Assembly: GCA_963726455.1 (NCBI GenBank)
Contig: CAVSCK010000004.1
Coordinates: 512,001 to 576,000 of the forward strand
Source: an uncultured bacterium
GTDB lineage: Bacteria > Zixibacteria > MSB-5A5 > CAIYYT01
DNA: 64,000 bases
Reading direction: 5' to 3'
The position numbers were made by a program, and so were the translations under genes. Below the pieces are notes generated by a model, which saw nothing but the letters and a program-made list of their open reading frames with translations, made no database searches and was not told where the DNA came from. Positions 31,908 to 41,860 of this stretch are shown here, one piece after another. Position 1 is the first letter of the stretch, and every line of letters begins with the position of its first letter.

Positions 31908-33044
31908 TTGGAGCAAATCACCAGGGCAGACATCGCTCGCTACAAAGAAAACTGGCTCAAGGAAACCGAGAGCGCCTCGCTCTACCGACTGCTGGCCGAC
32001 AAGGAGTCGCGGCCTCAGCTAGCCGAGGTCTATCGCCGACTTGCCGCCGTCGAAGAAAAACACGCTACCGTCTGGGAAGGCAAACTCAAAGCCGCTGGGG
32101 CGGAACCCCCGAAACCACGGCGACGCTGGCGAGCACGCTTGCTGACGGTTGTCGCCAAATACTTCGGCTCACAATCGGTGTTGCCTTCGATTACAGCGCT
32201 GGAACACGCCGACGGCCAGAGTTATACGACTCAACCCGAGGCAGCCGGAACCGACCTGCCCGCACAGGAACAATCTCACGCCAGATTGTTGCGTGTCATC
32301 ACCGGCCCACTGCAAGGCGGACTGGAAGGCGGAGCGCTGGCGCAGTTTGAGGGACGACATCGCGCAGCCGGAGGCAACGCATTACGGGCGGCCGTTCTCG
32401 GAGCGAACGACGGTTTGACATCGAATCTTAGTTTGATCATGGGAGTTGCCGGCGCCAACCTCGCGGAGAACACTATCATCCTCACCGGTTTCGCCGGATT
32501 GTTGGCGGGCGCAATATCGATGGCGCTTGGTGAGTGGTTGTCGGTACAGAGTTCGCGCGAGTTATATTTGCGACAAATCTCGATCGAAGAACGCGAGCTG
32601 GCAGAGGTACCCGATGAGGAGGAAGAGGAACTCGCTTTGATCTATCAGGCGAAAGGCGTGCCTGAGAATGTAGCACGTGAAATGGCTTCGCATCTGATCT
32701 CAAATCCCGAAACGGCGTTGTCGACGCTGGCACGCGAGGAACTCGGGATCGATCCGGAGGAATTGGGCGGATCCGCCTGGGAAGCTGCCGGGACGTCGTT
32801 CATATTATTTGCGATGGGCGCAATCATTCCAGTGCTGCCGTTTATCCTTTTCAAATCAATGACAGCGGTGGTCGCAAGCATTGCCCTGAGCACCTGCGGC
32901 CTGTTCCTGATCGGCGCCGCAGTGACCATGCTTACCGGAAGAGGCGTGATGCGATCCGGATTACGTATGGTGATATTCGGGCTCTCTGCAGCAGCGCTAA
33001 CGTTTACTATTGGACGGTTGATCGGGGTCTCCTTAGCAGGATAA
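31908..33044 (+). CDS. VIT1/CCC1 iron transporter with N-terminal ferritin-like domain
   Basis: E-x-x-H motifs (EEKH, EQSH), LRAAVLGANDGL, SMALGEWLSV. Confidence 0.92.
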   Translation: MEQITRADIARYKENWLKETESASLYRLLADKESRPQLAEVYRRLAAVEEKHATVWEGKLKAAGAEPPKPRRRWRARLLTVVAKYFGSQSVLPSITALEHADGQSYTTQPEAAGTDLPAQEQSHARLLRVITGPLQGGLEGGALAQFEGRHRAAGGNALRAAVLGANDGLTSNLSLIMGVAGANLAENTIILTGFAGLLAGAISMALGEWLSVQSSRELYLRQISIEERELAEVPDEEEEELALIYQAKGVPENVAREMASHLISNPETALSTLAREELGIDPEELGGSAWEAAGTSFILFAMGAIIPVLPFILFKSMTAVVASIALSTCGLFLIGAAVTMLTGRGVMRSGLRMVIFGLSAAALTFTIGRLIGVSLAG

Positions 33045-33145
33045 CAATCTTAGCTTAACAGTAAGGGTGAGTCGAATAATCTGAGGCAACCGGGCGGTTG
33101 CCTCATTCCACTAACATTTCTATTCACCGCACTTTGGACAATTAC

Positions 33146-33382
33146 TTACTTGTCCGCCCAGATCGGCATGGACCGCATGTAAAAGTCGGCGCGGCGCATC
33201 GCCTTTACGTTGTCCACTTCTGGCATCCACGTCTTCATCCATTCGGCGATTCCTCGTTGTACTTCAGAACGGGGCTTAAGATTGCCTTTCTCATCAGTGC
33301 AGTGCTTACAAAGGTTCTCTGTAACGCCCTTGAACATCGGGTTGTCAAGCGGCGCGGCACAGGAATGACACATCATGGGCAT
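33146..33382 (-). CDS. Small zinc-ribbon protein
   Basis: CHSC...CKHC-DEKG; RBS AAGGAG. Confidence 0.75.
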   Translation of the reverse strand: MPMMCHSCAAPLDNPMFKGVTENLCKHCTDEKGNLKPRSEVQRGIAEWMKTWMPEVDNVKAMRRADFYMRSMPIWADK

Positions 33383-33424
33383 GGATCTCTCCTTAACATA
33401 CCAGCAACTATGCTACGGAGCGTG

Positions 33425-34246
33425 TCAGCGTGAAAGTTTGACAGCTTTTACAGAAAATGTTAACGGAATGGTCTGTTTGTTTCCCGGCAATCGCCACCAG
33501 CCGTCGGCGCCGCGCTCCATAAATGGAAACTGATCCTCAACCATGTAGGGAAACTCGTGGAGAAACTCTATTGTGAGTCCGGCGGCGATCAGAGCGTTTA
33601 CGATCTCACTCATGCTGTGTGTCCATTCGAAAGATGGGTGCGTAATGTTCGCGTCCTTGTCGGCGTAACATCCGTCCGGTTCCCATCTCGTCGGAACTGT
33701 CCGCGGAAAATAATCGAAAGATACTTTGAGATCGGTGGTCGTGCGTTCGTTCTCAAATACGTGAGTGAACGGATGAGATTCTACAATATACAAAAACCCA
33801 CCCGGTTTGAGGAAGCGAGCGACTATCCTCGCCCATTCAGGAACGTCACGCAGCCAGCAGAGGAAACCGTACGACGAAAACACGACATCAAATTGATCGT
33901 TGAGCTTTCCGGGCAAATCGTAGACGTCACTCAGGATAAACCGCGCCGGTATTTTCAATTCTTCACTAAGTGAGCGTGCCAGCGTGATGGCCTTCTCGGA
34001 AAAGTCAACGCCGGTCACGGATGCACCGAGTCGGGCGAAGGAAATGGTGTCCATCCCGAAGTGACACTGCAAATGCAGTATTGATTTGCCGGAGACATCT
34101 CCCAGCTCGTTTAGTTCAATCGATTTTAGCGTCGACTTCCCCACTTTGAAACCGGGCATGTCATACGATGCGGAATTGGAAGTGAACTGCGTCAGCTCAT
34201 TCCAGAGATCGAGATTGGCTTTGGTGTATTCATCCAAGTTGGTCAA
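33425..34246 (-). CDS. Class I SAM-dependent methyltransferase
   Basis: ILHLQCHFGMD, GVDFS and FLKPGG motifs. Confidence 0.92.
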   Translation of the reverse strand: MTNLDEYTKANLDLWNELTQFTSNSASYDMPGFKVGKSTLKSIELNELGDVSGKSILHLQCHFGMDTISFARLGASVTGVDFSEKAITLARSLSEELKIPARFILSDVYDLPGKLNDQFDVVFSSYGFLCWLRDVPEWARIVARFLKPGGFLYIVESHPFTHVFENERTTTDLKVSFDYFPRTVPTRWEPDGCYADKDANITHPSFEWTHSMSEIVNALIAAGLTIEFLHEFPYMVEDQFPFMERGADGWWRLPGNKQTIPLTFSVKAVKLSR

Positions 34247-34415
34247 TCCTTCAGGTGACTGCCTCTACGGATGAAACTTATGTTGAGTCAATTTGTCAAC
34301 AAGATTATCGAGCGTATTATCGCATCACTCCCGGGAAATCAGAGTGCAATACCGCAACTCTGGAGCCGTGGCGCCGTAATCACGACTGTAACTACGAATC
34401 ACTCTGGAGGACGAA

Positions 34416-35117
34416 ATGAAAGCAAGCACTCTAACCATTTGCGTCATGTTGTGGGCACTCCTGTCGGCCCCGATCGTCGAACCGACTCTGGCAGCCGGTC
34501 ACCGGCACGGCATGACGTTGAAGGGAGGGACGGAAATGACCAAGGGTTCAGGCCAGCTCACCACGGAGCAAAGGGAAGTAGCGCCATTCACCCGGATCGA
34601 GTCCAATGTCAGCGCTGACATCGAGGTCGTCATCGGCAAACCGCAACGCGTCGATTTGACATTCGACGATAATCTGCTGGAGTTCATCTCGACGAAAGTA
34701 GAAGGCAAAACGCTGGTGATCGAATCTGAGCATTCGTTTTCGTCGCTGGAGGGTTGTCAGCTCAAAATCGTCGTCCCGCAACTTGACGCCGCCGTGATCG
34801 GCGGATCGGGCAATATCACTGTCGAAGGCCTGGATGCAAATCGATTTGCCGTTGAGATCAACGGTTCGGGTGGCGTCTCCGCGAGCGGGAAGGCATCAGA
34901 ACTCTCAATCGAGGTCAATGGCTCAGGCAATGTCGAGGCCCAGGAACTGACCGCCAGTGAAGCATCGGTCGAAATCAACGGCTCGGGCAACGTCGGCGTG
35001 ATGGCGCGCGATTACTTGACCGCCACGATCAATGGCAGCGGCGACATTACCTACACCGGTAACCCGGGGCAGGTATCCAAGAGTGTCGCCGGTTCGGGAA
35101 GGATCAGGAAAAGATAG
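34416..35117 (+). CDS. DUF2807 / head GIN domain protein
   Basis: Signal peptide and repeated (I/V)NGSG-(V/I) beta-helix units. Confidence 0.9.
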   Translation: MKASTLTICVMLWALLSAPIVEPTLAAGHRHGMTLKGGTEMTKGSGQLTTEQREVAPFTRIESNVSADIEVVIGKPQRVDLTFDDNLLEFISTKVEGKTLVIESEHSFSSLEGCQLKIVVPQLDAAVIGGSGNITVEGLDANRFAVEINGSGGVSASGKASELSIEVNGSGNVEAQELTASEASVEINGSGNVGVMARDYLTATINGSGDITYTGNPGQVSKSVAGSGRIRKR

Positions 35118-35125
35118 ACTAAATC

Positions 35126-35314
35126 TCACCAGATGACGTCGCTGGTCCATTCGGTGCTGTGCTGTTTGATAATGTCTGACGTTTCCTTGTCGTCAATTTC
35201 CAGGCACCGTGGACAGATCTTATTCGTGAGCCGCGCCGAATAGCAGTTGTCGTCGCACGACCATACGTCTTCGCAGTATGGACACAGGTGGTGGTGTCGC
35301 TCTTCTAGTGTCAT
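35126..35314 (-). CDS. Small Cys/His-rich protein
   Basis: HHHLCPYC...C-x3-C...CPRC; RBS-like GAAAGG. Confidence 0.5.
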   Translation of the reverse strand: MTLEERHHHLCPYCEDVWSCDDNCYSARLTNKICPRCLEIDDKETSDIIKQHSTEWTSDVIW

Positions 35315-35800
35315 AATCCATACCTTTCTCTAGGGCAAACCGCATACGGGCCTGCCATAAACTTAGGTCAGGCGCCCTGTCTCGCCGTTCTCTCTGCCCG
35401 AAAGCAGATTTGGACCTTTAGCGCTTACTCCCCCGTAAGACGGCGAATCTGAGCCCTGACCGAGATATCTACGTGTGCGCGAGCCGGTTTGTGGGCGCAA
35501 TAAACGTTGAGAAGACTTTCCACGTCCGCAGCGATGGATTAGCAAATACCCATTACTGTCGCGGATTTCTGGGGCCTGTGCAACTCATGCACAGCGTAAA
35601 CAACAAACCACTGACAGGTTCTGACAGTGACTTTGCCGAAGAAAAACAAGAACAGCGGCAACCGGTAGGTTCGTTTTTTCGCAGGGTTGGCGTCGAACAC
35701 AGGAATCGCGTCTGTCTGAACTACACCGTCAGGCACAATAGCAACAGCGGACAGATGTCGGCCCGGCGAACCAGATGCCGTCACAGAAAGCGGGGTTATC

Positions 35801-36646
35801 GTGCGAACGGTTTTGTTGCAGCATGTCACTGAGCATTGCGAAGAATTGAAAGAGATTCTTGAGAAGTACGACATGGAAGTCATCATCGGTACTTCGTGTC
35901 GGAAAACTATGACGAGAGCGGAAGTCGACGGAGAACTCGATCTCGTAATTTGCGACGTCGGCATTCCTGACTGCGGCGCCATGCACTTGCTTCAGTGTAT
36001 CCGATCCGCGCCTCAATTCCGATGGCTCCCCGTGATCGTGACCGGAGATGAATTCCAGAAAGAAATCATGGGGGAGTGTATCGCGCAGGGCGCCTGTGAT
36101 TCGGCGGTATTGCCGGCGCCGGAGTCGGCGTTCATGGCGAAAGTGACCCGGGCGCTGGCTTTGGGAAAGCGGACGATCCTGCTGGTCACGTGCGAACCGT
36201 CGATAGCGGAATCGCTTGGCAGCTCGCTGCAAATGGATCGTTTCCGAATACTGATAGCCGGTTCCGCCGGCGAAGCGCTGGAAATGCTGCGTACCGAGCG
36301 AGTGCAGGTGATTGTGACCGATATCGTATTGCCGGGAATGTTCGGCCTCAACCTACCGACGACGCCACAGGAGTATTCCGAAACGATTCCCGTGATATTG
36401 ATCACCGGACAGGATGCTTCGTCCCAACTGTACGAGTCTTTGACACACGGAATCGGAAGTTACCTGGCAATCTCCGGCGATGACTTGCCCACCGTCTGCG
36501 CCCTAAACAGAGCGGCCAACCGGGGAGCGGAATCGATGCGGAATTTCGCTCATCACGTTGTAACGCACATGTGGTCTCCGTATCGCGACAAGAGAAGCGG
36601 CGAGATTCAGCCGCAAGTGTCTAGCGATCTCAGGTGCCGAAGGTGA
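35801..36646 (+). CDS. Response regulator with two receiver domains
   Basis: DLVICDVGIPD and VIVTDIVLPG; PVIVTG and PVILITG. Confidence 0.8.
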   Translation: MRTVLLQHVTEHCEELKEILEKYDMEVIIGTSCRKTMTRAEVDGELDLVICDVGIPDCGAMHLLQCIRSAPQFRWLPVIVTGDEFQKEIMGECIAQGACDSAVLPAPESAFMAKVTRALALGKRTILLVTCEPSIAESLGSSLQMDRFRILIAGSAGEALEMLRTERVQVIVTDIVLPGMFGLNLPTTPQEYSETIPVILITGQDASSQLYESLTHGIGSYLAISGDDLPTVCALNRAANRGAESMRNFAHHVVTHMWSPYRDKRSGEIQPQVSSDLRCRR

Positions 36647-36699
36647 ACAGACCTCTTCGCAGTTACGAGTGCCGGAATGCGCGCCGAGAACGTAGCGGA

Positions 36700-37725
36700 T
36701 TAATCGGTGCCGTTGACATGGCACTTGTAACAGAGCTTTCTTTGAAGGGGATCGGCGTAAGGGTTGGGAATCGGGTAGGAGCCAGATACAACACCGTCGT
36801 TGGCCAATAACGAAACATTGAAATCCCAGCGTCCGGCATGCGGCGCCGAAGTTGCGTGCGCACGATGGCAGGTCAGGCACATGACTTTGCTGGAAGAAGT
36901 CGGACCTGTCGTCGATGTCGTCGTGACTGCCGCGTCCTCAAACGGCAAAGCCGCCAGATACGCCGTCGCGTGTGTCCCCGAAGTGGGATTACTGGTGCCA
37001 TTGTAACGATCGTACTGCTGAATGATGCTGCCATCCAGGTTCTCGCCTGCGGGATGTTCGAACCGGCTGTTGTGTGACGACTCATGGAAGTTGCCGTGAC
37101 AATTGCCGCACCATTCGCTGATGCCGCTCTGGTAGGCCGTGTGGTTGCTGTTCGTCTCGGCTGGTCCATCGAGCGCGATTCCTTGTGCAATCGGTGCGGG
37201 CGCTGTGAAGGTGTACAGTCCTCCCTGGACGGGGCCGGCGCCGTTAAGAATTCGGAAGCTCTTCTTTTCATGCGGGTTGTGGCAACTGGTACAGGCCATC
37301 TGATTCGACGGAAACGTTCCACCCGGCGCGACCGCATAGGTGGCGTCAGGTGCCAGGCCATAGGCAGGCGCGTTGAGATTGTGGCCGGCGGCACTGCCGG
37401 GAATCGGATTGGTCGCCCCGTTGGCGGCATCGTTGAGGTTAGATGACAACAGGAAGACGAAGTTGCCGGCTCCCAATTCAGGTGGTGGCGCCAATGGATT
37501 GGTACCTAGAACGGCCCCGAATCTCGTGGCATGGCAAGACAGGCAGAGGTCGGTCGCCGATCCGAACCGCAGCAGGTAAACGTTGCCGTTCGGATTTGCC
37601 GGATCGACCGGCTGGCCATTCTGGCTGTTATGGATCGTATGGCAATCGGTACACTGGTCGTGCACTGCCAGAGCCGTACCAGTGAGAAGGTATATGAGAA
37701 TGGGGATAAGAGTTAGATATCGCAT
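36700..37725 (-). CDS. Exported multiheme c-type cytochrome (6 CxxCH)
   Basis: Signal peptide; CTDCH, CLSCH, CTSCH, CGNCH, CLTCH and CYKCH. Confidence 0.92.
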   Translation of the reverse strand: MRYLTLIPILIYLLTGTALAVHDQCTDCHTIHNSQNGQPVDPANPNGNVYLLRFGSATDLCLSCHATRFGAVLGTNPLAPPPELGAGNFVFLLSSNLNDAANGATNPIPGSAAGHNLNAPAYGLAPDATYAVAPGGTFPSNQMACTSCHNPHEKKSFRILNGAGPVQGGLYTFTAPAPIAQGIALDGPAETNSNHTAYQSGISEWCGNCHGNFHESSHNSRFEHPAGENLDGSIIQQYDRYNGTSNPTSGTHATAYLAALPFEDAAVTTTSTTGPTSSSKVMCLTCHRAHATSAPHAGRWDFNVSLLANDGVVSGSYPIPNPYADPLQRKLCYKCHVNGTD

Positions 37726-38145
37726 CCGAATCCAATAGTCGTCGTTCCAGTGGTAAAAGAGCCGTATTCGACAGGGCAAGGAGACTTCATGGGTAGAATA
37801 TCATCCAAACTGCTGAATTGTCAAGCACTTGCCGACAGTTTTGACCTCATTTTAAGAGGATCGGCTTAGTCGGCAAAACCTTTATCTCCTATTCTCTTAC
37901 AACGACTAAGCCCCTCGCGTTGCTTAATCGAGAGGAGCGCTATTTCGTGCTGAGGCCAAGAAACAATCGGGATTAGCGGATTTATTTGCTCGGTGGCGTT
38001 AGGACGACTTCGCCGCGAACGTGACGAGACTGGCTCATTTCATGGGGAGGCGCAGATCGGATGCAATGATCCGACCAACAGGCCATTGCGCGAGCTAGTT
38101 GAACCCGATGAAAACAGGTGCGCTCTTAGCCCGGCGAATGCCGCC

Positions 38146-38703
38146 CTACGATTCTATTCTTCCGGCAAGCCGGAGCAGTGCCACAAGCTTAGTGAGGACT
38201 TCGTTAATCTCGTCAGCGGCGAGGGATCCGTGGTGATGAATCTCCCTGGCGATCAGTATCCCCTTGTGGTGCACTCTCAGGTAGACGAACGGCTCCAGAC
38301 TGGTGATCAATTGCTGGACGTCCTGGTCTTTCAGAATTGTTGCGTGATCCTGAAATAGCAAATCGGTGGTGAACCGGCGGTCAAATTCGGTAGAGCCAGA
38401 CACCGCTCTTTTGCCCAGGCCGAGATGCCACAGCAGGCGGTCGGAGATACCGGCGGGCCAGATTTCGAAATAGGAAGGCATGCTACCGAGAACATGGATG
38501 TGCAGTTTGTGCTCGGTGAGAAGTTCAATCTCGATCGGGACGCCCTGAAAGGTGCTGCGCAAAATGGGGCAGGGATGCATCATCGTATCTCTGTCGCCCG
38601 ACGAATCCTCCGCAGGCCAGACTATTTCGCCGTCGAAACGTTGCTGGAATTCCTCAAGCAGTTTTTCCAGCGGCTGCATCCAGTGCGGCTTTGTGGAAAT
38701 CAT
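38146..38703 (-). CDS. Hypothetical protein, paralog of 40267-40818
   Basis: Shares LHIH...MP-xFEI-P-GI-DRL...SG-xEFDR-F...L-PF; RBS AAGGAGG. Confidence 0.75.
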   Translation of the reverse strand: MISTKPHWMQPLEKLLEEFQQRFDGEIVWPAEDSSGDRDTMMHPCPILRSTFQGVPIEIELLTEHKLHIHVLGSMPSYFEIWPAGISDRLLWHLGLGKRAVSGSTEFDRRFTTDLLFQDHATILKDQDVQQLITSLEPFVYLRVHHKGILIAREIHHHGSLAADEINEVLTKLVALLRLAGRIES

Positions 38704-38781
38704 AACTACCCTCCTTCAAGCAGATGCTTCCAGCATGAATACGAGGGCCAGGATGTCGAAGTTGCGGGGAAATGGGATGTG

Positions 38782-38938
38782 CCGTCAGGTCACACGCCGC
38801 GAGGTCATGTGCTACACGATGACGGAGGTAACACCGCGGCGCAGGACCTGACGGAACCCTGCTTCCGTCGGTCTTGTTGTGTCAGGTCCTGCGGCGGGTG
38901 GTGTATGGAAATGGTGGGGAAGCCGTGTGACCTGACAC
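38782..38938. repeat. Two GTCAGGTC...GACCTGAC hairpins in opposite orientation
   Basis: 38782-38854 (ACA/CAG loop) and 38879-38938 (CTG/TGT loop). Confidence 0.7.
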
Positions 38939-39014
38939 CCGTAAAAGACCTCCCGAATTGTGACGACCGGACGTTGGTCGTTTGCGTAGCATTTGGTAAG
39001 AAAGGAGACTGAGT

Positions 39015-39473
39015 ATGACGGAAGTCGAAAGAATAGTCGATCAGATAACGCGCGGTTTCCATAAGGACGCGTGGCACGGGCTATCGGTGTCGGAGACGCT
39101 GGAGGGCGTGACCGCTGAGCAGGCGGCGAAACGTCCGATTGCCGCTGCGCATACGATCTGGGAACTTGTGCATCATGTGACGGCATGGAACAATATCGTC
39201 AATCGACGGCTGCACGGGGATGCATCGACACCCACAGATGAAGATGATTGGCCACCGGTGAAGGACACCAGCGCCGCCGCCTGGGACGCCGATTTGCGTG
39301 CGCTCAAAGCCGCTCATGATGACTTGACGAAAGTGGTCAAGGCAATGACCGATGCGCAATTGACCCCGCCGCTACCCGGCCGCGACACGAGCGCCTATTT
39401 CCAGTTGATGGGCGTGCTCCAGCATGACGCGTATCACACGGGGCAGATTGTGATGCTGAAGAAGATGATGTAG
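39015..39473 (+). CDS. DinB family protein
   Basis: AWHG, TIWELVHH and QHDAYHTGQI motifs. Confidence 0.92.
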   Translation: MTEVERIVDQITRGFHKDAWHGLSVSETLEGVTAEQAAKRPIAAAHTIWELVHHVTAWNNIVNRRLHGDASTPTDEDDWPPVKDTSAAAWDADLRALKAAHDDLTKVVKAMTDAQLTPPLPGRDTSAYFQLMGVLQHDAYHTGQIVMLKKMM

Positions 39474-39553
39474 AGGGGATGGAAGCTGTCAGTACTGAAG
39501 TGATAATAATCTACGAAGAACGTGAGCGCCGACTTAAGCCAAGCGAGCAATTT

Positions 39554-39583
39554 GCCTGGATTCCCGCCTTCGCGGGAATGACA
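39554..39583. repeat. Solo ATTCCC-N8-GGGAAT palindrome
   Basis: GCCTGGATTCCCGCCTTCGCGGGAATGACA. Confidence 0.85.
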
Positions 39584-39720
39584 CCGCCGGCTGAGTTCTT
39601 GTCTTTCATAAAATGAGACCATTAGTCGAGCGTTTCATTTGCTCGAACAACGAATTGCTTCCTTTGGCAGTGCCAACTGACGGCCTGACCGTACGTGATA
39701 TGCCCGCCTTGGCCTGTGGC

Positions 39721-40074
39721 TGTCATTCCCACGAAAGTGGGAATCCAGGCTTATTTGTAGGATGGTGACAAATCTTTCCAAGTCGGATTGAAGTTCTCGA
39801 TGAGTTTCAGTTTCCACTGGCGATTCCATTTCTTCAGTTGCTTCTCCCGCACAATTGCCTGATAGGCATCTTCGCAAGTCTCATAGTAAACGAGCAAGTG
39901 TGCCTGATACTTCTTGGTGAAGCCGTCGATGAGATCGTTCTTGTGTTCATAGACGCGGCGATTCAGGTCGCTGGTGACGCCGATATAGAGTGTGCCGTTA
40001 CGTCTGCTGGCCATGATGTAGACGAAATATTGTTTCATTAGTCAGCCTGGATTCCCACTTTCGTGGGAATGACA
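39721..40074 (-). mobile_element. GIY-YIG mini-cassette copy 1 with 31-bp terminal inverted repeats
   Basis: TGTCATTCCCACGAAAGTGGGAATCCAGGCT at 39721-39751 and its exact reverse complement at 40044-40074. Mobility is inferred from the second copy. Confidence 0.75.
39751..40038 (-). CDS. Small stand-alone GIY-YIG nuclease
   Basis: YFVYIM...GTLYIGVT...RRVYEH...REKQLKKW...FNP motifs. Confidence 0.93.
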   Translation of the reverse strand: MKQYFVYIMASRRNGTLYIGVTSDLNRRVYEHKNDLIDGFTKKYQAHLLVYYETCEDAYQAIVREKQLKKWNRQWKLKLIENFNPTWKDLSPSYK

Positions 40075-40090
40075 ACTTTAAGTCGCCGAC

Positions 40091-40119
40091 ATTATCGATA
40101 AGGAACGATAGGATGGCAA
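40091..40119 (-). promoter_or_regulatory. Candidate sigma70 promoter reading into GIY-YIG copy 1
   Basis: Minus strand TTGCCA-17 bp-GATAAT, just outside the right inverted repeat. Confidence 0.5.
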
Positions 40120-40266
40120 TACCCTTTTGCCTTATCGCATCACGAAGTATGCCGGGATTCTCGCTGCCGATTTTGACGGAGAGATTCCAGTTGAGTGAGC
40201 GTTGAGAAACAGATTTCAGTCGCACTACGGCCAACCTCTCGGAGGTCGACGTACTGAGCCCTAAGA

Positions 40267-40818
40267 TCAACCGGCGTGGCGGGCGGCGATGGCGAGAAGG
40301 GAAATCAGCTTGGTGATGACTTCACCGATGGCATCGGCGGTGATGTATTCCTCGTGTTCGCAGTCACGTTCCAGCATGACGCCGCCCCGATTCACCTTGA
40401 TGCACGCGAACGGTGCGAGTGATCGGATCAGATGATAGACCTCGGGGAGTTGGAGAAATCGCGATTTGTCGACAGCGTCGGTGTTGGTGGCGAAATGACG
40501 GTCGAACTCACGATTTCCCGATTTGACTGCGCCGCCCATGCCGAACAAACCAAACAACCGATCCGCAATTCCTTTGGGATGTATCTCGAACTCGGCCGGC
40601 ATCGGGCAAGAGTAAGCGTGAATGTGCAGCCGGTTGCCGGACATCGGCTCGACGCGAACCTTGGTGCCCTGAATTGTCGATTCGTAGGCAGGATATACCG
40701 TTTCCCAGGATTCGACGCCGATTGATTCCGTGTTATCATTCGGCAAGGTGATCTTGCCTCCGTGCCGCGCTTGAAGTTGCTGCAGGAGATTGTCGAAGGT
40801 GAGGTGGTAGGTGGTCAT
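40267..40818 (-). CDS. Hypothetical protein, paralog of 38146-38703
   Basis: Shared motifs with the paralog; ATGA overlap with the upstream gene. Confidence 0.75.
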   Translation of the reverse strand: MTTYHLTFDNLLQQLQARHGGKITLPNDNTESIGVESWETVYPAYESTIQGTKVRVEPMSGNRLHIHAYSCPMPAEFEIHPKGIADRLFGLFGMGGAVKSGNREFDRHFATNTDAVDKSRFLQLPEVYHLIRSLAPFACIKVNRGGVMLERDCEHEEYITADAIGEVITKLISLLAIAARHAG

Positions 40819-41495
40819 GGTGCGCTCACTTGCTGCGAGGCGCGTTCAGGCGGAAACTCGTCGGGGAAAGTTGCGCGGACACGTTGTGAACTATGCAAGT
40901 AGAGCAGGAGCAATAGTACTGGTGTCACAAACCACGCCAGTCCAAAGAAGAAGCTAAATATGGTAAACCCGAGAGAAGATTGTGAATGTGCGCCTGCGTT
41001 GAGGATTCGGACGAACAGAATATCCTCAACGATGGCATAGACGACGGCAAGGTGTAGAAATCTTCTGGCCTTGTGCACGGCGAGCGGCTGCATTCTCCAG
41101 AGACGGTAACCGGCGCGGAAACTTTGTACTCCCCAAAGAAGGAAGACCACTGCCTGAATCGCATGAAGCAAAGTTTCTACCATACGCTCCTGCAAATGCG
41201 GATTGCTCGACGTGTGTGGCAAAACTGCGGACAGGGTCGACACAAGCGCAAACACAAAGCTGAAGAAGGGACCCAGGATGCATAAGAAGAAGCAAACGAA
41301 CGAAAGGGAGCCGCCCATTTGGGTAGGAGCAAAATAGGAGGTATCCGTTGGTACCTCTGACGTAACTTGACTCTCGTCTTCTGGGACCGAGATCGTGGCG
41401 TAACAGTACGGGCACTCAGCATCGCGGCCGGCGAAGCTCTGTTTGAAAGTCAGTTGCTCGCCGCAGGAAGGGCAGGGGAAGTGGAGATCGGTCAT
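40815..41495 (-). CDS. Zinc-ribbon plus multi-TM membrane protein
   Basis: CPSC...CPYC, four TM helices, YL-xS-RVRATF tail. Confidence 0.75.
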   Translation of the reverse strand: MTDLHFPCPSCGEQLTFKQSFAGRDAECPYCYATISVPEDESQVTSEVPTDTSYFAPTQMGGSLSFVCFFLCILGPFFSFVFALVSTLSAVLPHTSSNPHLQERMVETLLHAIQAVVFLLWGVQSFRAGYRLWRMQPLAVHKARRFLHLAVVYAIVEDILFVRILNAGAHSQSSLGFTIFSFFFGLAWFVTPVLLLLLYLHSSQRVRATFPDEFPPERASQQVSAP

Positions 41496-41860
41496 GGATC
41501 TTCTCTCGAATCACTGTACTTTGCGCCGCAGTACGGGCAGAATGTGAACTGTCTGAATGGAGAACGTTGGATTACTGAGCGGTTACAGGTATCACAGAAA
41601 TGTGTCATCCTGAATTGCAGAAAAGCAATTAAGATTAATGAGGGAACAAACAACACAAAGGCGACCGCAGGCGCATGAAACAGAGCCAAGAACAAAACAA
41701 GAACAGCCGCCCCAACCACGTACGACAACGCTAGCAGGCGCTTCTTGAATTGGGTATTCCTGGCGAAGCGATACGCAAATGTACCCGCGATGATGGCTGC
41801 CGCAACAAGAAGCAGCAGAATCGTAAGTAGCTGGTCAGACGGAAACGAAGTGTTCGCCAT
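41492..41860 (-). CDS. Membrane protein with C-terminal zinc ribbon
   Basis: Three TM helices followed by CDTC...CPYC; ATGA coupling to the next gene. Confidence 0.7.
   Translation of the reverse strand: MANTSFPSDQLLTILLLLVAAAIIAGTFAYRFARNTQFKKRLLALSYVVGAAVLVLFLALFHAPAVAFVLFVPSLILIAFLQFRMTHFCDTCNRSVIQRSPFRQFTFCPYCGAKYSDSREDP

Noticed and set aside
35330-35400. c-di-GMP-I riboswitch suggested by AGGGCAAACC
   Set aside because: The GAAA tetraloop and GACGCAAAG segment are missing, and the orientation does not fit the adjacent small ORF.
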